A DNA stretch of 64,000 bases from an uncultured Chloroflexia bacterium (GCA_963728205.1 CAVSIV010000001.1:928001-992000); one strand, 5' to 3'; counted from the stretch's first letter, positions 29,636 through 40,214 are shown. The notes: generated by a model not told the origin, from the letters alone. A program made the numbers and translations.

Positions 29636-30786
29636 GGCGCGACGACGAGCGGCGGCCGCGCGCGCTCGACGTCGCGACCGGCGTCGGCGCGGCGTACACG
29701 ACGAAGCTGCTCGCGGAGGTGGGCTGGGACGTCGTGAAGGTCGAGCCGCCGGGCGGTGACCCGCTGCGGACGCGGCCGTCGCGCTGGGGCGGCGGTCCCC
29801 CCGCCGGAGCCGCATCGGCGACGGGCGCCGGCGGGGCGTTCGCGTTCGTGAACTACGGCAAGCGCGGGGTCGTGGCCAGCGGCGATTCGCTCGCGGCACT
29901 CGGCGCGGCCGCCGACGTCGTCGTCGGCGACTTCTCGCCGGCGGGCTGCGCGGAGTCGGGCGTGCCGCGCTCCGCGTTCGACGCGTTCGCGCCGCGCCGC
30001 GCGGTCGTCTCCGTGACGCCGTTCGGGCTGCTCGGCCCGCGTGCGGGGTGGGCGGCGAGCGACATGGTGGTGCAGGCCGCGAGCGGGCTGATGTTCCTCA
30101 CCGGCGAGTGGGACCAGGCGCCACAGCAGCTCCCGCCGTACGCCGCCGCGATGGCCGGCGGCGTTGCCGGCGCGGGCGCCGCCGTCGCGGCGACGCTCGC
30201 CGCGCGACGCTCCGGCGAGCGGCAGCGCGTCGACGTCGCGATGGTCGAGGCGCTCGCGTCGCACACCTACACGCCGACGAGCGGCTACGTGTACCGCGGC
30301 GAGGTGCCGCGCCGCGAGCAGCGCGTGAAGCAGGGGCTGCGCATGGTTCCGGCGAGCGACCGCTTCGTCTATTGCGCGCCCGGCGCGGTCGCGACGATGG
30401 ACATGCGCGGCGTCGCCACGCTGCTCGACGAGCCCCGGCTCGCGGAGGATCGCTTCCAGACGGCCGAGGGCCGCATGCAGCACTGGGACGAGTTCCTCGC
30501 GCTGTTCGTCCCGCCGTTCGAGCGGCGCACCGCGCAGGAGTGGTTCGAGGCCGCGGAGCGGCTGCACCTCACGTTCGCGCTGGTGCAGACGGTCGACGAC
30601 CTGTTCGACTGCCCCCAGCTCGATGCCCGTAGAATGCTGCGCGAGGTCCCGGGCCCGCGAGGGGCGAGCGTGCGGATCCCCGGCCGGCCCTTCAGGCTGG
30701 AGGGGGGCCCGCCCGAGGCGAGCCGTCCCGCGCCGGCCACGCCGGGCGAGCACACCGACGAGGTGCTCCGGGAGTGGCTGGAGTAA
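29626..30786 (+). CDS. Family III CoA-transferase subunit lacking the catalytic Asp
   Basis: VVKVEPPGGDPLR, VNYGKR, TPFG; YAAAMAGG at the Asp position. Confidence 0.85.
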   Translation: MAVRRDDERRPRALDVATGVGAAYTTKLLAEVGWDVVKVEPPGGDPLRTRPSRWGGGPPAGAASATGAGGAFAFVNYGKRGVVASGDSLAALGAAADVVVGDFSPAGCAESGVPRSAFDAFAPRRAVVSVTPFGLLGPRAGWAASDMVVQAASGLMFLTGEWDQAPQQLPPYAAAMAGGVAGAGAAVAATLAARRSGERQRVDVAMVEALASHTYTPTSGYVYRGEVPRREQRVKQGLRMVPASDRFVYCAPGAVATMDMRGVATLLDEPRLAEDRFQTAEGRMQHWDEFLALFVPPFERRTAQEWFEAAERLHLTFALVQTVDDLFDCPQLDARRMLREVPGPRGASVRIPGRPFRLEGGPPEASRPAPATPGEHTDEVLREWLE

Positions 30787-30798
30787 GAACCCCCCGTC

Positions 30799-30846
30799 AA
30801 GCGGCGGCAGCATGCCGCCGATGCGATCGGCGGCATCCTGCCGCCG
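30799..30846. repeat. Family B element, short form
   Basis: AAGCGGCGGCAGCATGCCGCCGAT-GCG-ATCGGCGGCATCCTGCCGCCG. Confidence 0.8.
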
Positions 30847-30882
30847 ATCGACGGGGACGGGGGATTGGATGGAGGAACGCAC

Positions 30883-31725
30883 ATGACCACCACCCGCCGC
30901 AGCGCCGAGCATCGCGTCACCGCCTTCCTCGACGGCCCCGACTCCCCGGACATCCGCAACGTCATCCACTCCACGGACGGCGCGAAGGAGTACGGCTACA
31001 CCGCCGCGCTTGTCGGCGGCGTCACCGTCTACGGGTGGGCGACGCCCACGATCGTCGAGGCGCTCGGCGCGGGCTGGCTCGAGCGCGGGTGGGCGGAGAT
31101 CGCGTTTCGTCACCCGACCTACCCCGGCGATGAGCTGACCGTGCGCGTCGAGCCGTCCGCGGACGCCGGCGACACCTGGTCGCTGCGCATGACGAAGCAG
31201 GACGGCGCCGACGCCGTGGTCGGCACGCTCGGGCTCGGCGACGCGCCGTGGCTCGGCGACCTGCACGACACCGCACGCCGCGTCGCCGAGGCCGCGCCGG
31301 CGACGCTGCCACGCCTCACGATGGACGTCGCGCCGGTCGACCAGGACCTGCGGCCGATGGCCGTGTCGGCGTCGGCCGAGGAGATGCGCGCGTACGCGCT
31401 CGGCAAGCAGCGCTCGCAGGCCCCGCGCTTCATCGGCGAGCGGCCGCTGCTGCACCCGGGCTGGATCGCGGCGCGCATGACGCCGCTGCTGCACCACTCG
31501 TACGACTACGGCCCGGCGATCCACGCGAAGAGCCACATCCAGCACCTCGCGCGCGCGGAGTCGGGGCAGTCGGTCACCGTCGCCGGGCACTTCGTCGAGA
31601 CCTACGAGCGCAAGGGGCACCACTACGGCGTGATCGACGGCGTCATCCTCGCCGCCGACGGCACGGAGCTCGCGCGCCTGCGCCACACGACGATCTACGA
31701 GGTCGCGAAGCGGGGCGAGGGCTAG
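30883..31725 (+). CDS. Double hotdog-fold (MaoC-like) protein
   Basis: N.IHS..GAKEYGY..ALVGG hydratase-like motif; YERKGHHY in the second domain. Confidence 0.75.
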   Translation: MTTTRRSAEHRVTAFLDGPDSPDIRNVIHSTDGAKEYGYTAALVGGVTVYGWATPTIVEALGAGWLERGWAEIAFRHPTYPGDELTVRVEPSADAGDTWSLRMTKQDGADAVVGTLGLGDAPWLGDLHDTARRVAEAAPATLPRLTMDVAPVDQDLRPMAVSASAEEMRAYALGKQRSQAPRFIGERPLLHPGWIAARMTPLLHHSYDYGPAIHAKSHIQHLARAESGQSVTVAGHFVETYERKGHHYGVIDGVILAADGTELARLRHTTIYEVAKRGEG

Positions 31726-31731
31726 CCGCCG

Positions 31732-32985
31732 ATGGCCGACGCGCCGCGGCCCCGCGCGCTCGACGACCTGCGCGTCCTCGACCTCTCGACGTCGTTCGCG
31801 GGCGCCTGGTGCTCGCGCCTCCTCGCCGACTACGGCGCCGACGTGATCGCGGTCGAGCCGCGCGCCGGCCACCCGCTGCGCCGGCTCGCGCCGTTCACCG
31901 ACGACGGCCGCAGCATCCCCGCGCTCGCCGCGCTCGCGAACAAGCGCGTGGTCGCGCTCGACGTCGACGACCCGCGCGCGGGGCGGCTGGTGTGGGAGCT
32001 CGTGCGGCGCAGCGACGTCGTGATCGAGAGCTTCGCGCCGGGGCGCCTGGCGGAGCTGGGCTTCGGCTACGACGCGCTCGACGCGCGCCGCCGCGGCGTC
32101 ATCCTCTGCTCGATCACGCCGCACGGGCAGAGCGGCCCGCTGGCCGGCGTGCCGGGCAACGACCTCACCGCGTTCGCGCGCTCCGGCTGGGCGTCGATCA
32201 ACGGCGATGCCGCGCGCGAGCCGCTGAACGGGAGCGCGTTCCAGGCGTCGTACCAGGCCGCGCTTGCGGCGTACGGCGCCGTGCTCGCGGCGCTGTTCCA
32301 CCGCGACACGCACCCCGGCGAGGGCCAGCACGTCGACGTCTCCGAGGTCGAGGTCTGCGCGTCGACGTTCGCGCCGGCGCTGCTGCGCGGGCAGTACCTC
32401 GGCGAGGCGATGGGCCGCAAGCACGGCACCGACATCACCACCGGCCCCGTCCCCGTCGCCGACGGCCACTTCGCGCTCACGATCAGCCGCGCGCACTTCT
32501 GGCGCGACGCGATGAACCTGCTCGGGCTCGAAGACCTCGCGGAGGACGAGCGCTACGAGGCGAGCTGGTACCGGCAGCAGCACAAGGAGGAGTACGTCTC
32601 GCGCGTGCAGGAGAAGATGGCGGGCTGGCAGAAGATGGAGCTGTTCGACGAGCTCGCCGTGCGGCGCGTCGTCGCCGGGCCGGTGCTGACGATGGACGAG
32701 CTCCGCGCGAACCCGCACCTGCGCGAGCGCGAGTTCTGGGTGCACGCCGCGGACGACCCCGACGGCCCGGAGTATCCCGGCGCGCCCGTGCGCCTGTCCG
32801 CCACGCCATGGTCGCTCGCCCACCGCGCGCCGGAGCCGGGCGAAGACACGCTCCCCGTCCTGCGCGAGGTCGGCGGCGTCACCGAGGACCAGCTGCCGGG
32901 GCTGCTCGAGTCGGGCGTGATCGGCACCGTCGCGTCGCCGGCGGACGAGCCGGCCGGCGCGCCCACCGGCGACGCGCGGCGATGA
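31732..32985 (+). CDS. Family III CoA-transferase subunit lacking the catalytic Asp
   Basis: LRVLDLS, LADYGADVI, ANKR; FQASYQAA at the Asp position. Confidence 0.88.
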   Translation: MADAPRPRALDDLRVLDLSTSFAGAWCSRLLADYGADVIAVEPRAGHPLRRLAPFTDDGRSIPALAALANKRVVALDVDDPRAGRLVWELVRRSDVVIESFAPGRLAELGFGYDALDARRRGVILCSITPHGQSGPLAGVPGNDLTAFARSGWASINGDAAREPLNGSAFQASYQAALAAYGAVLAALFHRDTHPGEGQHVDVSEVEVCASTFAPALLRGQYLGEAMGRKHGTDITTGPVPVADGHFALTISRAHFWRDAMNLLGLEDLAEDERYEASWYRQQHKEEYVSRVQEKMAGWQKMELFDELAVRRVVAGPVLTMDELRANPHLREREFWVHAADDPDGPEYPGAPVRLSATPWSLAHRAPEPGEDTLPVLREVGGVTEDQLPGLLESGVIGTVASPADEPAGAPTGDARR

Positions 32986-34271
32986 GCGACGTGCCGCCGC
33001 GCGCCGGGGAGGGGCCGCTCGCCGGGCTGCGCGGCATCGTGCTGACGCAGGCGTGGGCCGGCTCGTACTGCACCGAGCTGCTCGGGATGCTCGGCGCCGA
33101 CATCATCCAGCTCGAGGTGCGCAAGCGGCTCGACTCCTGGCGCGGGTCCTACGACACGCCGATGCCGGCGACGCTCCGCGCCGTCCCCACCGCGCGGCAC
33201 GCGTGGAACTGCAACCCGCTCTACAACTCCGTGAACCTCGCGAAGCGGACGGCCACGCTCGACCTCGGCACGCCCGAGGGCATCGACGTCTTCCGCCGCT
33301 TGCTGCCGCACGCCGACGTCGTCGCCGAGAACTTCTCGCCGCGCGTGCTCGGGAACCTCGGCATCGACTACGACGCCATGCGCGCGATCAAGCCCGACGT
33401 CATCCTGTGCAGCCTGTCGGCGTACGGCCACACGGGGCCGTGGGCGAACGTGCCGGGGATCGGCGGGACCATCGAGCCGACGTCGGGGCAGTCGGCGCTG
33501 CTGGGCTATCGCGACGGCCCGCCGCTCAACTCCGGGCAGATGTACCCCGACGCGGTCGCCGGGCTCACCGCCTTCGGCGCGATGCTCACGGCACTGCACC
33601 ACCGGCACCGCACCGGCGAGGGCCAGTACATCGACCTCTCGATGCAGGAGGCGAACCTCGCGGTGGTCGGCGACGCGGCGCTGGAGCAGGGAGTCACCGG
33701 ACGCCAGCGTCCGCGTCTCGGGAACCGCCACATGACCTTCGCGCCGCACGGGATCTACGCGTGCCGCGGAAACGCGACCGGGGAGGAACGCTGGATCGCG
33801 CTCGCCGCGCAGGACGAGGCGCAGTGGGCGGCGCTGTGCGACGTCGCCGGCCACGCGGAGTGGCGCGGCGACGCGCGCTTCGTCGACAACGCCGCGCGCA
33901 AGGCGCACGAGGACGCGCTCGACGCGATCCTCGGCGCGTGGGCCGCGACGGAGGACCGCGACGACCTGGCCGCGCGGCTGTCGGCCGCGGGCGTGATCGC
34001 CGCGCCGGTGCTCGACGGCCGCGAGGTCGCCGCGGACCCACAGCTGCGCGAACGCGGCTTCCTCGTCGAGCTCGACCACCCCGAGGTGGGCCGCTTCCCA
34101 CAGTCCGGCGTGCCGATGCGCTTCTCGCGCACGCCGGCGCGCGTCACGCGCCCGGCGCCGCTCCAGGGCGAGCACAACTACGAGGTGTTCGCGGAGCTGC
34201 TGGGGATGAGCGAGGCGGAGTACCAGGCGCTCGCGGCGCTGGGCGTGACGGGCGTCGGCCCGCCGCCGTAG
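32982..34271 (+). CDS. Family III CoA-transferase, Asp-containing
   Basis: WAGSY, ENFSPRV, YPDAVAG, PHGIY. Confidence 0.92.
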   Translation: MSDVPPRAGEGPLAGLRGIVLTQAWAGSYCTELLGMLGADIIQLEVRKRLDSWRGSYDTPMPATLRAVPTARHAWNCNPLYNSVNLAKRTATLDLGTPEGIDVFRRLLPHADVVAENFSPRVLGNLGIDYDAMRAIKPDVILCSLSAYGHTGPWANVPGIGGTIEPTSGQSALLGYRDGPPLNSGQMYPDAVAGLTAFGAMLTALHHRHRTGEGQYIDLSMQEANLAVVGDAALEQGVTGRQRPRLGNRHMTFAPHGIYACRGNATGEERWIALAAQDEAQWAALCDVAGHAEWRGDARFVDNAARKAHEDALDAILGAWAATEDRDDLAARLSAAGVIAAPVLDGREVAADPQLRERGFLVELDHPEVGRFPQSGVPMRFSRTPARVTRPAPLQGEHNYEVFAELLGMSEAEYQALAALGVTGVGPPP

Positions 34272-34380
34272 CCGATTCCGGCAGCGGCCGCTCGCCCACG
34301 GGGGCCCGCCGCTCGCCCAGATGCGGGGCGAACCGCTATCGTCGCGCCGTCCCGAGTGCCCCACCCGAAAGACGGCCCGC

Positions 34381-35229
34381 ATGACCGACTACACCCAGAT
34401 CCGCTACGAGACCGTGGGGCGCGTCGCGCGCGTCGTCCTCAACCGGCCGCGCTACCGCAACGCCCAGAGCCGGTTGCTGCTCGAGGAGATGGACGATGCC
34501 TTCGCGCGCGCGTCCGAGGACCTCGGCGTCGGCGTGATCGTGCTCTCCGGCGAGGGCGACCACTTCTCGGCCGGCCACGACCTCGGCACGCCCGACGAGG
34601 TGGCCGACCGCGAGGCGCGCCCGGCGGAGGAAGGGGTGCGCGGGCGCTACGCTCGCTCGTGGGAGAACAACGTCGCGAAGTCGCTGCGCTGGCGGAACGT
34701 GCCGAAGCCGACGATCGCGATGGTGCAGGGGTACTGCATCTTCGCCGGCTGGATCATCGCGTCGGCGATGGACCTGGTGTTCGCGGCCGACGACGCGATG
34801 TTCCTCGGCACGAACTTCCAGTACTTCACGATCCCGTGGGACATCCCCCCGCGGCAGGCGAAGGAGATCCTCTTCGAGAGCCGCTTCATCTCCGCGGCCG
34901 AGGCGCACGAGCTGGGCCTCGTGAACCGGGTGGTGCCGCGCGACCGGCTCGAGGCGGAGACGATGGAGTACGCGGCCCGCGTCGCGGAGAACGACCCGTT
35001 CCAGCTGCGCATGATCAAGCTCGCGATGAACCAGGCGCAGGACGCGCAGGGGTTCACGCAGCACATCAACGGCGCGTTCGCGCTGCACCTGCTCTCGTCG
35101 CAGGGCGAGGCCGACCCGGCGTTCGCGCTGTCGAAGCCCGAGGGCCGGCGCCGCCCGATGGTGCAGCGTGCGATGGAGAACTTCGAGCGCCGACAGCAGG
35201 AGCAGGCCGGCGAAGGCGGCCCCGCATGA
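34381..35229 (+). CDS. Enoyl-CoA hydratase/crotonase family
   Basis: LNRP..RNAQ, FSAGHDL, KPTIAMVQG, LGLVNRVV. Confidence 0.9.
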   Translation: MTDYTQIRYETVGRVARVVLNRPRYRNAQSRLLLEEMDDAFARASEDLGVGVIVLSGEGDHFSAGHDLGTPDEVADREARPAEEGVRGRYARSWENNVAKSLRWRNVPKPTIAMVQGYCIFAGWIIASAMDLVFAADDAMFLGTNFQYFTIPWDIPPRQAKEILFESRFISAAEAHELGLVNRVVPRDRLEAETMEYAARVAENDPFQLRMIKLAMNQAQDAQGFTQHINGAFALHLLSSQGEADPAFALSKPEGRRRPMVQRAMENFERRQQEQAGEGGPA

Positions 35230-36740
35230 CCGCGCCGCGCGACGCCTACGACGTCATCGTGATCGGCGCCGGCAACGCCGCGCTCTGCGCCGCGCTGGCC
35301 GCCCGCGAGGCCGGCGCCCGCGTCGCGGTGCTGGAGAAGGCCACGCGCGAGGAGCGCGGCGGCAACACCTTCTTCACCGGCGGCGGCTTCCGCTTCCCGT
35401 ACAACGGCATCGACGACATTCGCGCCCTGATCCCGGACCTCTCGGAAGAGGAGGTCGCGGGGATCGACGTCGGCTCCTATCCGGCGCCGGCGATGCGTTC
35501 GGACCTGATGCGCGTCACGGAGGGGCTGGCCGACCCCGGCCTCGTCGATCGGCTCGTCGGTGACGCGTACCCGACGGTCCAGTGGATGCGCGAGCGGCTC
35601 GGCATGCGCTGGGTGCTCATGTACGGCCGGCAGGCGTACCGCGTCGGCGACAAGCTCCAGTTCTGGGGCGGAATGATCACCGAGGCGGTCGGGGGCGGCG
35701 AGGGCCTCTCCGACATGCTCTTCCGCGCGGCGGAGGAGCAGGGGGTCGACGTTCGGTACGGGACGAAGGCAGTGTCGCTGATCACCGACCGGCGCGCCGC
35801 GGTGACGGGCCTGCGCGTGCGCGACGACGACGGCTTCGGAGAGCTCCAGGCGGGTGCGGTGGTGATCGCGGCGGGCGGCTTCGAGGCGAACACCGCGATG
35901 CGGACGCAGTATCTCGGAGCCGGGTGGGAGTTCGCCAAGGTCCGTGGTACAAGACATAACACTGGCGATGGCATCAAGATGGCGCTTGAGATAGGCGCCC
36001 AGCCGTACGGCCACTGGTCGAGTGCACACGCCGTGGCCTGGGACTTCAACGCGCCGCCCACCGGCAACCGGCGCATCGGTGATCTCTACCAGAAGCACTC
36101 GTATCCGCTCGGCCTGATCGTGAACATCCGCGGCGAGCGGTTCGTCGACGAGGGCGCGGACCTGCGGAACTACACGTACGCGAAGTACGGCCGAGAGATC
36201 CTGCGTCAGCCGCAGAGCATCGCGTTCCAGCTGTTCGACCAGCAGACGGTAGCGATGCTGCGCGACGAGTACCGCATCCGCGAGGCGACGAAAGCTGAGG
36301 CGGGGACCGTCGGTGAGCTCGCCGACGCGCTGGGCATCGACCGGACGGGGCTCGAGCAGACCGTGGCGGCGTACAACGCCGCGTGCCGGCCGGGGGCGTT
36401 CAACCCGGCCGAGCGCGACGGCCTGCACACGGAGGGAATCGCTCCGCCGAAATCGAACTGGGCGCTGCCGCTGAACCAGCCGCCGTTCGTGGGATACGCG
36501 GTGACGTGCGGCGTGACGTTCACGTTCGGTGGGCTGCGTATCGTGCCGCAGACGGCGCAGGTGCTGGACACCGAGGACCGGCCGATCGCGGGGCTGTACG
36601 CGGCGGGCGAGCTGGTGGGCGGGCTCTTCTTCCACAACTACGCCGGCGGGACCGGCCTGATGGCCGGCTCCGTGTTCGGCCGGCTTGCCGGCGCGTCGGC
36701 CGCGGAGGCCGCGCTGAGGGCGGGGACGCGCACGGTGTAG
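35226..36740 (+). CDS. tcuA: FAD-dependent tricarballylate dehydrogenase-like flavoprotein
   Basis: GAGNAALCAA, RGGN, GGFEAN, RFVDEG, TFTFGGL, GGLFFHNY.GGTGL. Confidence 0.82.
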   Translation: MTAPRDAYDVIVIGAGNAALCAALAAREAGARVAVLEKATREERGGNTFFTGGGFRFPYNGIDDIRALIPDLSEEEVAGIDVGSYPAPAMRSDLMRVTEGLADPGLVDRLVGDAYPTVQWMRERLGMRWVLMYGRQAYRVGDKLQFWGGMITEAVGGGEGLSDMLFRAAEEQGVDVRYGTKAVSLITDRRAAVTGLRVRDDDGFGELQAGAVVIAAGGFEANTAMRTQYLGAGWEFAKVRGTRHNTGDGIKMALEIGAQPYGHWSSAHAVAWDFNAPPTGNRRIGDLYQKHSYPLGLIVNIRGERFVDEGADLRNYTYAKYGREILRQPQSIAFQLFDQQTVAMLRDEYRIREATKAEAGTVGELADALGIDRTGLEQTVAAYNAACRPGAFNPAERDGLHTEGIAPPKSNWALPLNQPPFVGYAVTCGVTFTFGGLRIVPQTAQVLDTEDRPIAGLYAAGELVGGLFFHNYAGGTGLMAGSVFGRLAGASAAEAALRAGTRTV

Positions 36741-36780
36741 GCGCGTGGAGGGCGAGGTGCCCGTCCTCCCCGGCTCCCGG

Positions 36781-36860
36781 CAAGCGGCGGCAGATACGCC
36801 GCCGATTCTGCGCGGCCTCGACGGCCGCGCCGGTATCGGCGGCGTATCCGCCGCCGCTTG
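36781..36860. repeat. Family B element between convergent operons
   Basis: CAAGCGGCGGCAGATACGCCGCCGAT...ATCGGCGGCGTATCCGCCGCCGCTTG. Confidence 0.9.
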
Positions 36861-36916
36861 CGACGGGGCCACGGGGCCGGCGACAGCACACGGCAGGCCT
36901 GAAGCCTGCCGCGCGC

Positions 36917-39366
36917 CTACGCCGTCACCAGGTCGCTCGACGTGACGCCGCCCGCCACCATCGCCGACACCTCGGCGTCGCTGTAGCCGGCCAGCGTCGT
37001 CAGCACCTCGGCGCTGTGCTGCCCGAACTGCGGAGCCGCACGCACGGCCGTGATCGGGCGGCGGCGCATGCGCCAGGTCGGCGCCGTTGTGAGCTGGCGG
37101 CCGGCGTCGGGGTGGTCGTAGGCGATGAACGCGTCGCGAACGAGCAGGTGCGCGTCCGTCGTCGCGAGCAGCGGCGTGAGCACCGGCGAGGCGGCCACGC
37201 CGGCGGCCTGCAGCGCGTCGGCCGCGTCGTCGGGGTCGCGCGTCGACGTCCACTCCGCGATCACCGCGTCGATCGCGTCCTGCGCCGCGCGGCGGCCATC
37301 GGCCGTCGCGTACGCCGGGTCGTCCAGCCGCGCGTCGCGCGATCACGCCGCGCAGCGCGCGCCACGCGTCGTCGGAGTCGACCGCGATCGCCACCCAGCG
37401 ACTCGTGAACTCGCGCAGCACGTTGCCCAGCGGGCCGACGGACTGCCGCACCGGGCCGTCGGCGGCGGGGTAGACGTTGTGCGGCGCGAAGAGCGCGTCG
37501 CGGCTGCCGATGCGCACGGGGAGCGGCACGCCGAGCGCCTGCGCGATCACGTACTCGCCGACGAGCCCGATGATGCCGTCGCGCTGGGGGACCATCGCGT
37601 AGACCCCGTGGCCGGTGCGCTCGCGCGCGACCAGCGCCACGCCGACCGCCGCGGCCGCCGTGACGCCCGCGACCGGGTCGCCGTACGAGATGCCGCTGCG
37701 GTGTGGCGGGCCGCCGGGGTAGCCCTGCAGCGCCACGAGGCCGCCCATCTGCTCGATCGACGGCCCGAAGCCGACACGCGCCGCGTCGTTGCCGCGGTGG
37801 CCGAACCCCGGCATCGACACGCAGATCAGCCGCGGGTTGAGGGCGCGCAGGTCCTCGTATCCGAGCCCCAGCCGCTCGGCGACGCCGCTGCTCCAGTTCT
37901 CGACGAACACGTCGGCGTCTGCGAGCAGGCGCCTGATCGCCTCGATGCCCTCGGGTCGCTGAAGGTCGAGCGTGATGCCGCGCTTGTTGCGGTTGTACTC
38001 GTTGAAGTAGGCGCTGAGGTTGATGTCGGGCGCGCTCGTCGCGCCGGCCATCGTGCGGATGCCGTCGGGGAACGCGGGTCCCTCGATCTTGATCACATCG
38101 GCGCCCATGTCGCCGAGGAGGCGCGTCGCATAGGGACCCGCCCAGATCTGCGTGACGTCGATCACACGGATGCCGTCGAAGGGGAGCGCAGGCGCCGCTG
38201 TGCCGGCCGGGGCCGCCGGCGTGGCGACGGGGGGCGCGCCCGCCGCCACGAGCTCCGCGCGCATGGCCTCGGTGTGCTCGCCGACGAGCGGGCCGCGCGC
38301 GTGCTCGCCGCGATCGCCGTCGAACTCGATCGGCCCCGCGGGCAGCGGGTGGCGGCCGAGCACGGGGTGATCGACCCAGCGCCAGAAGCCCGTCCCGACG
38401 AGCGCCGGCCATTCGAGCAACTCGCGCGGCGTCGGGATCAACGTCATCGGCGCGCGGAACTTCGCGGCCTCCGCGAAGATCTCGTGCGCCGCGCGCGTGC
38501 TCGCCCATTCCGGCAGCAGCACCGACATCAGCTCGTTGCCCTCGACCGACCAGCCGTTCGCGACGGCGGGGTCGTCCTTGAACTCCGGGTGGCCGATGCA
38601 CGTCGTAGACGGCGCCCGTCTGCCGCGGCATCGCGGCGACGCCCACGTAGCCGTCGGCGCAGGCGTGGATGCCCCACTGCGCGAACGTCTGATTGCCGTT
38701 CGGGCCGGCCTCGCTGCCGCGGGTCAGCGCGTTCGGCCCGGCGCCCTCCAGCGTCGCGACCTGCACCTCCTGGATCGAGATGTCGAGCACGTCGCCGATG
38801 CCGGTGCGACGCGCGGCGAACAGCGCGGCCGCGGTGGCGCCGAACGCGTGCAGCCCGGCCTGGTAGTAGGCCTGGTGGCCGGCGGTCTTCAGCGGCGGCA
38901 GGTCCGGGTCGCCGCACATGCCCATCTGTCCGCCCGCCGCGGCGGCGGTGAGCGCGGTCGCGCGCCACTGCGTGTGCGGGCCGGTCTGGCCGAACGGGGT
39001 GATCCGGCAGACGACCAGCGACGCGCGCGCGTCGGCGAGCGCGTCGAGGTCGATCCCGCGCGCGGCGAGCGCGCCCGGCGCGTGCGAGTCAATCACGATC
39101 TCCGCGCGCGCGAGCAGCGCGTCGAGCGTCGCGCGATCCGCGGGGTCGTCGAGGTCGAGGGCGACGCTGCGCTTGCCGGCGTGCAGGTAGGCGGCGAGCA
39201 CGCCGGCGTCGGGGCCGTCGCCCGCGTGCGGCGGGAGGTGGCGGATGGGGTGCCCGCCCGGCGGCTCGACGACGACGACATCGGCGCCGTACGCGCGCAG
39301 GAGGCGGCCGGCGAACGCGCCGGCGACGTCGGTGCTGAGCTCCACGACGCGGCAGCCATCGAGCAT
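36917..39366 (-). CDS. Tandem two-domain family III CoA-transferase, with 1-nt frameshifts near 38601 and 37338
   Basis: Domain 1 MLDGCRVVEL..GHQAYYQAG; domain 2 IRVIDVTQIWAGP..SYGDPVAG; the frames join cleanly across single-base indels. Confidence 0.85.
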
Positions 39367-39406
39367 GGGTGGGTCCTTTCGTAGTGGTATCCGCGACGCC
39401 GCCACC

Positions 39407-39491
39407 GCGGCGGCAGATACGCCGCCGACAGCACGCGGACGCAAGTCCGCGGCTGCCGCCGCGGGTCTGTCGGCGGCATGTCTGCCGCCGC
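39407..39491. repeat. Family B REPIN-like element
   Basis: Arms as in other B copies; spacer closely resembles the 18957 copy. Confidence 0.9.
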
Positions 39492-39671
39492 TGTGGCGGC
39501 GTGTCCGCCGCGGCGCGGTGGTGTCCGCCGCAGCGCGGTCGTGGCACGCGAGCGCGTCCGGCAGGGCGCGCTCCCGCCGCGCGCCGCATGGTAGCAACCC
39601 GCCCGCCGGACACGAACCAGCCCCCGGCGTGCCGAGGGCTGGTAGGCGATCGCGTCGCGTCGCGCCGAGGG

Positions 39672-40214
39672 CTACGCCCGGGCGAAGCCGTAGTCGAGCG
39701 TCGACGACAGGTCGAAGAACCGCTGCAGGCTCGGGTTGTAGCGGAAGAACATGTCCGCCTTGAACCCGTCGTCCAGGTAGTTCTTGTGGATGGGGTCGTC
39801 GAAGCGCAGGTCGAGCGTGTTCAGCGTCCACTCCTGCGTGGCGTGGCCGTTCTTCTTGATGTCCTGGAGCATCGACTTCCAGTGCTCGGGGGAGAGCTCC
39901 ACGACGAAGTCCGCGTCGCGGAGGCGGTTCTCCGATACTTCGCGCACGTCGTGGATGTCGAGCACGTCGAAGTTCGCCTCGATCAGCTTCTCGCCGATCT
40001 TGAAGACGACGACCGCGTTGAGCCGGCCGAACTTGCGGTAGCCCTCGTCCTGCTTCGCGACGTCGCCGAGCTTCTGGAACCATTCAACGGACGGGAAGTT
40101 GAGCTTCTTCGTCGCGGCGGCCGGCTTCTTTGCCGCGGCGCGGGTCGTCGTCTTCGCCGCCGCCTTCGCGGGCGCCTTGCGGCTGGTGGTCGTGCTCGTG
40201 CTCTTCGTCGGCAT
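39672..40214 (-). CDS. Hypothetical protein, SCP2 (sterol carrier)-like, with a Lys/Ala-rich N-terminal tail
   Basis: FPSVEWF start, ADFVVEL...W pattern typical of SCP2-like folds; strong coding bias. Confidence 0.55.
   Translation of the reverse strand: MPTKSTSTTTSRKAPAKAAAKTTTRAAAKKPAAATKKLNFPSVEWFQKLGDVAKQDEGYRKFGRLNAVVVFKIGEKLIEANFDVLDIHDVREVSENRLRDADFVVELSPEHWKSMLQDIKKNGHATQEWTLNTLDLRFDDPIHKNYLDDGFKADMFFRYNPSLQRFFDLSSTLDYGFARA

Noticed and set aside
29005-30786. 593-aa ORF as a kinase-CoA-transferase fusion
   Set aside because: The APH remnant shifts frame near 29200, and the CoA-transferase has its own GGAGG RBS and ATG at 29626
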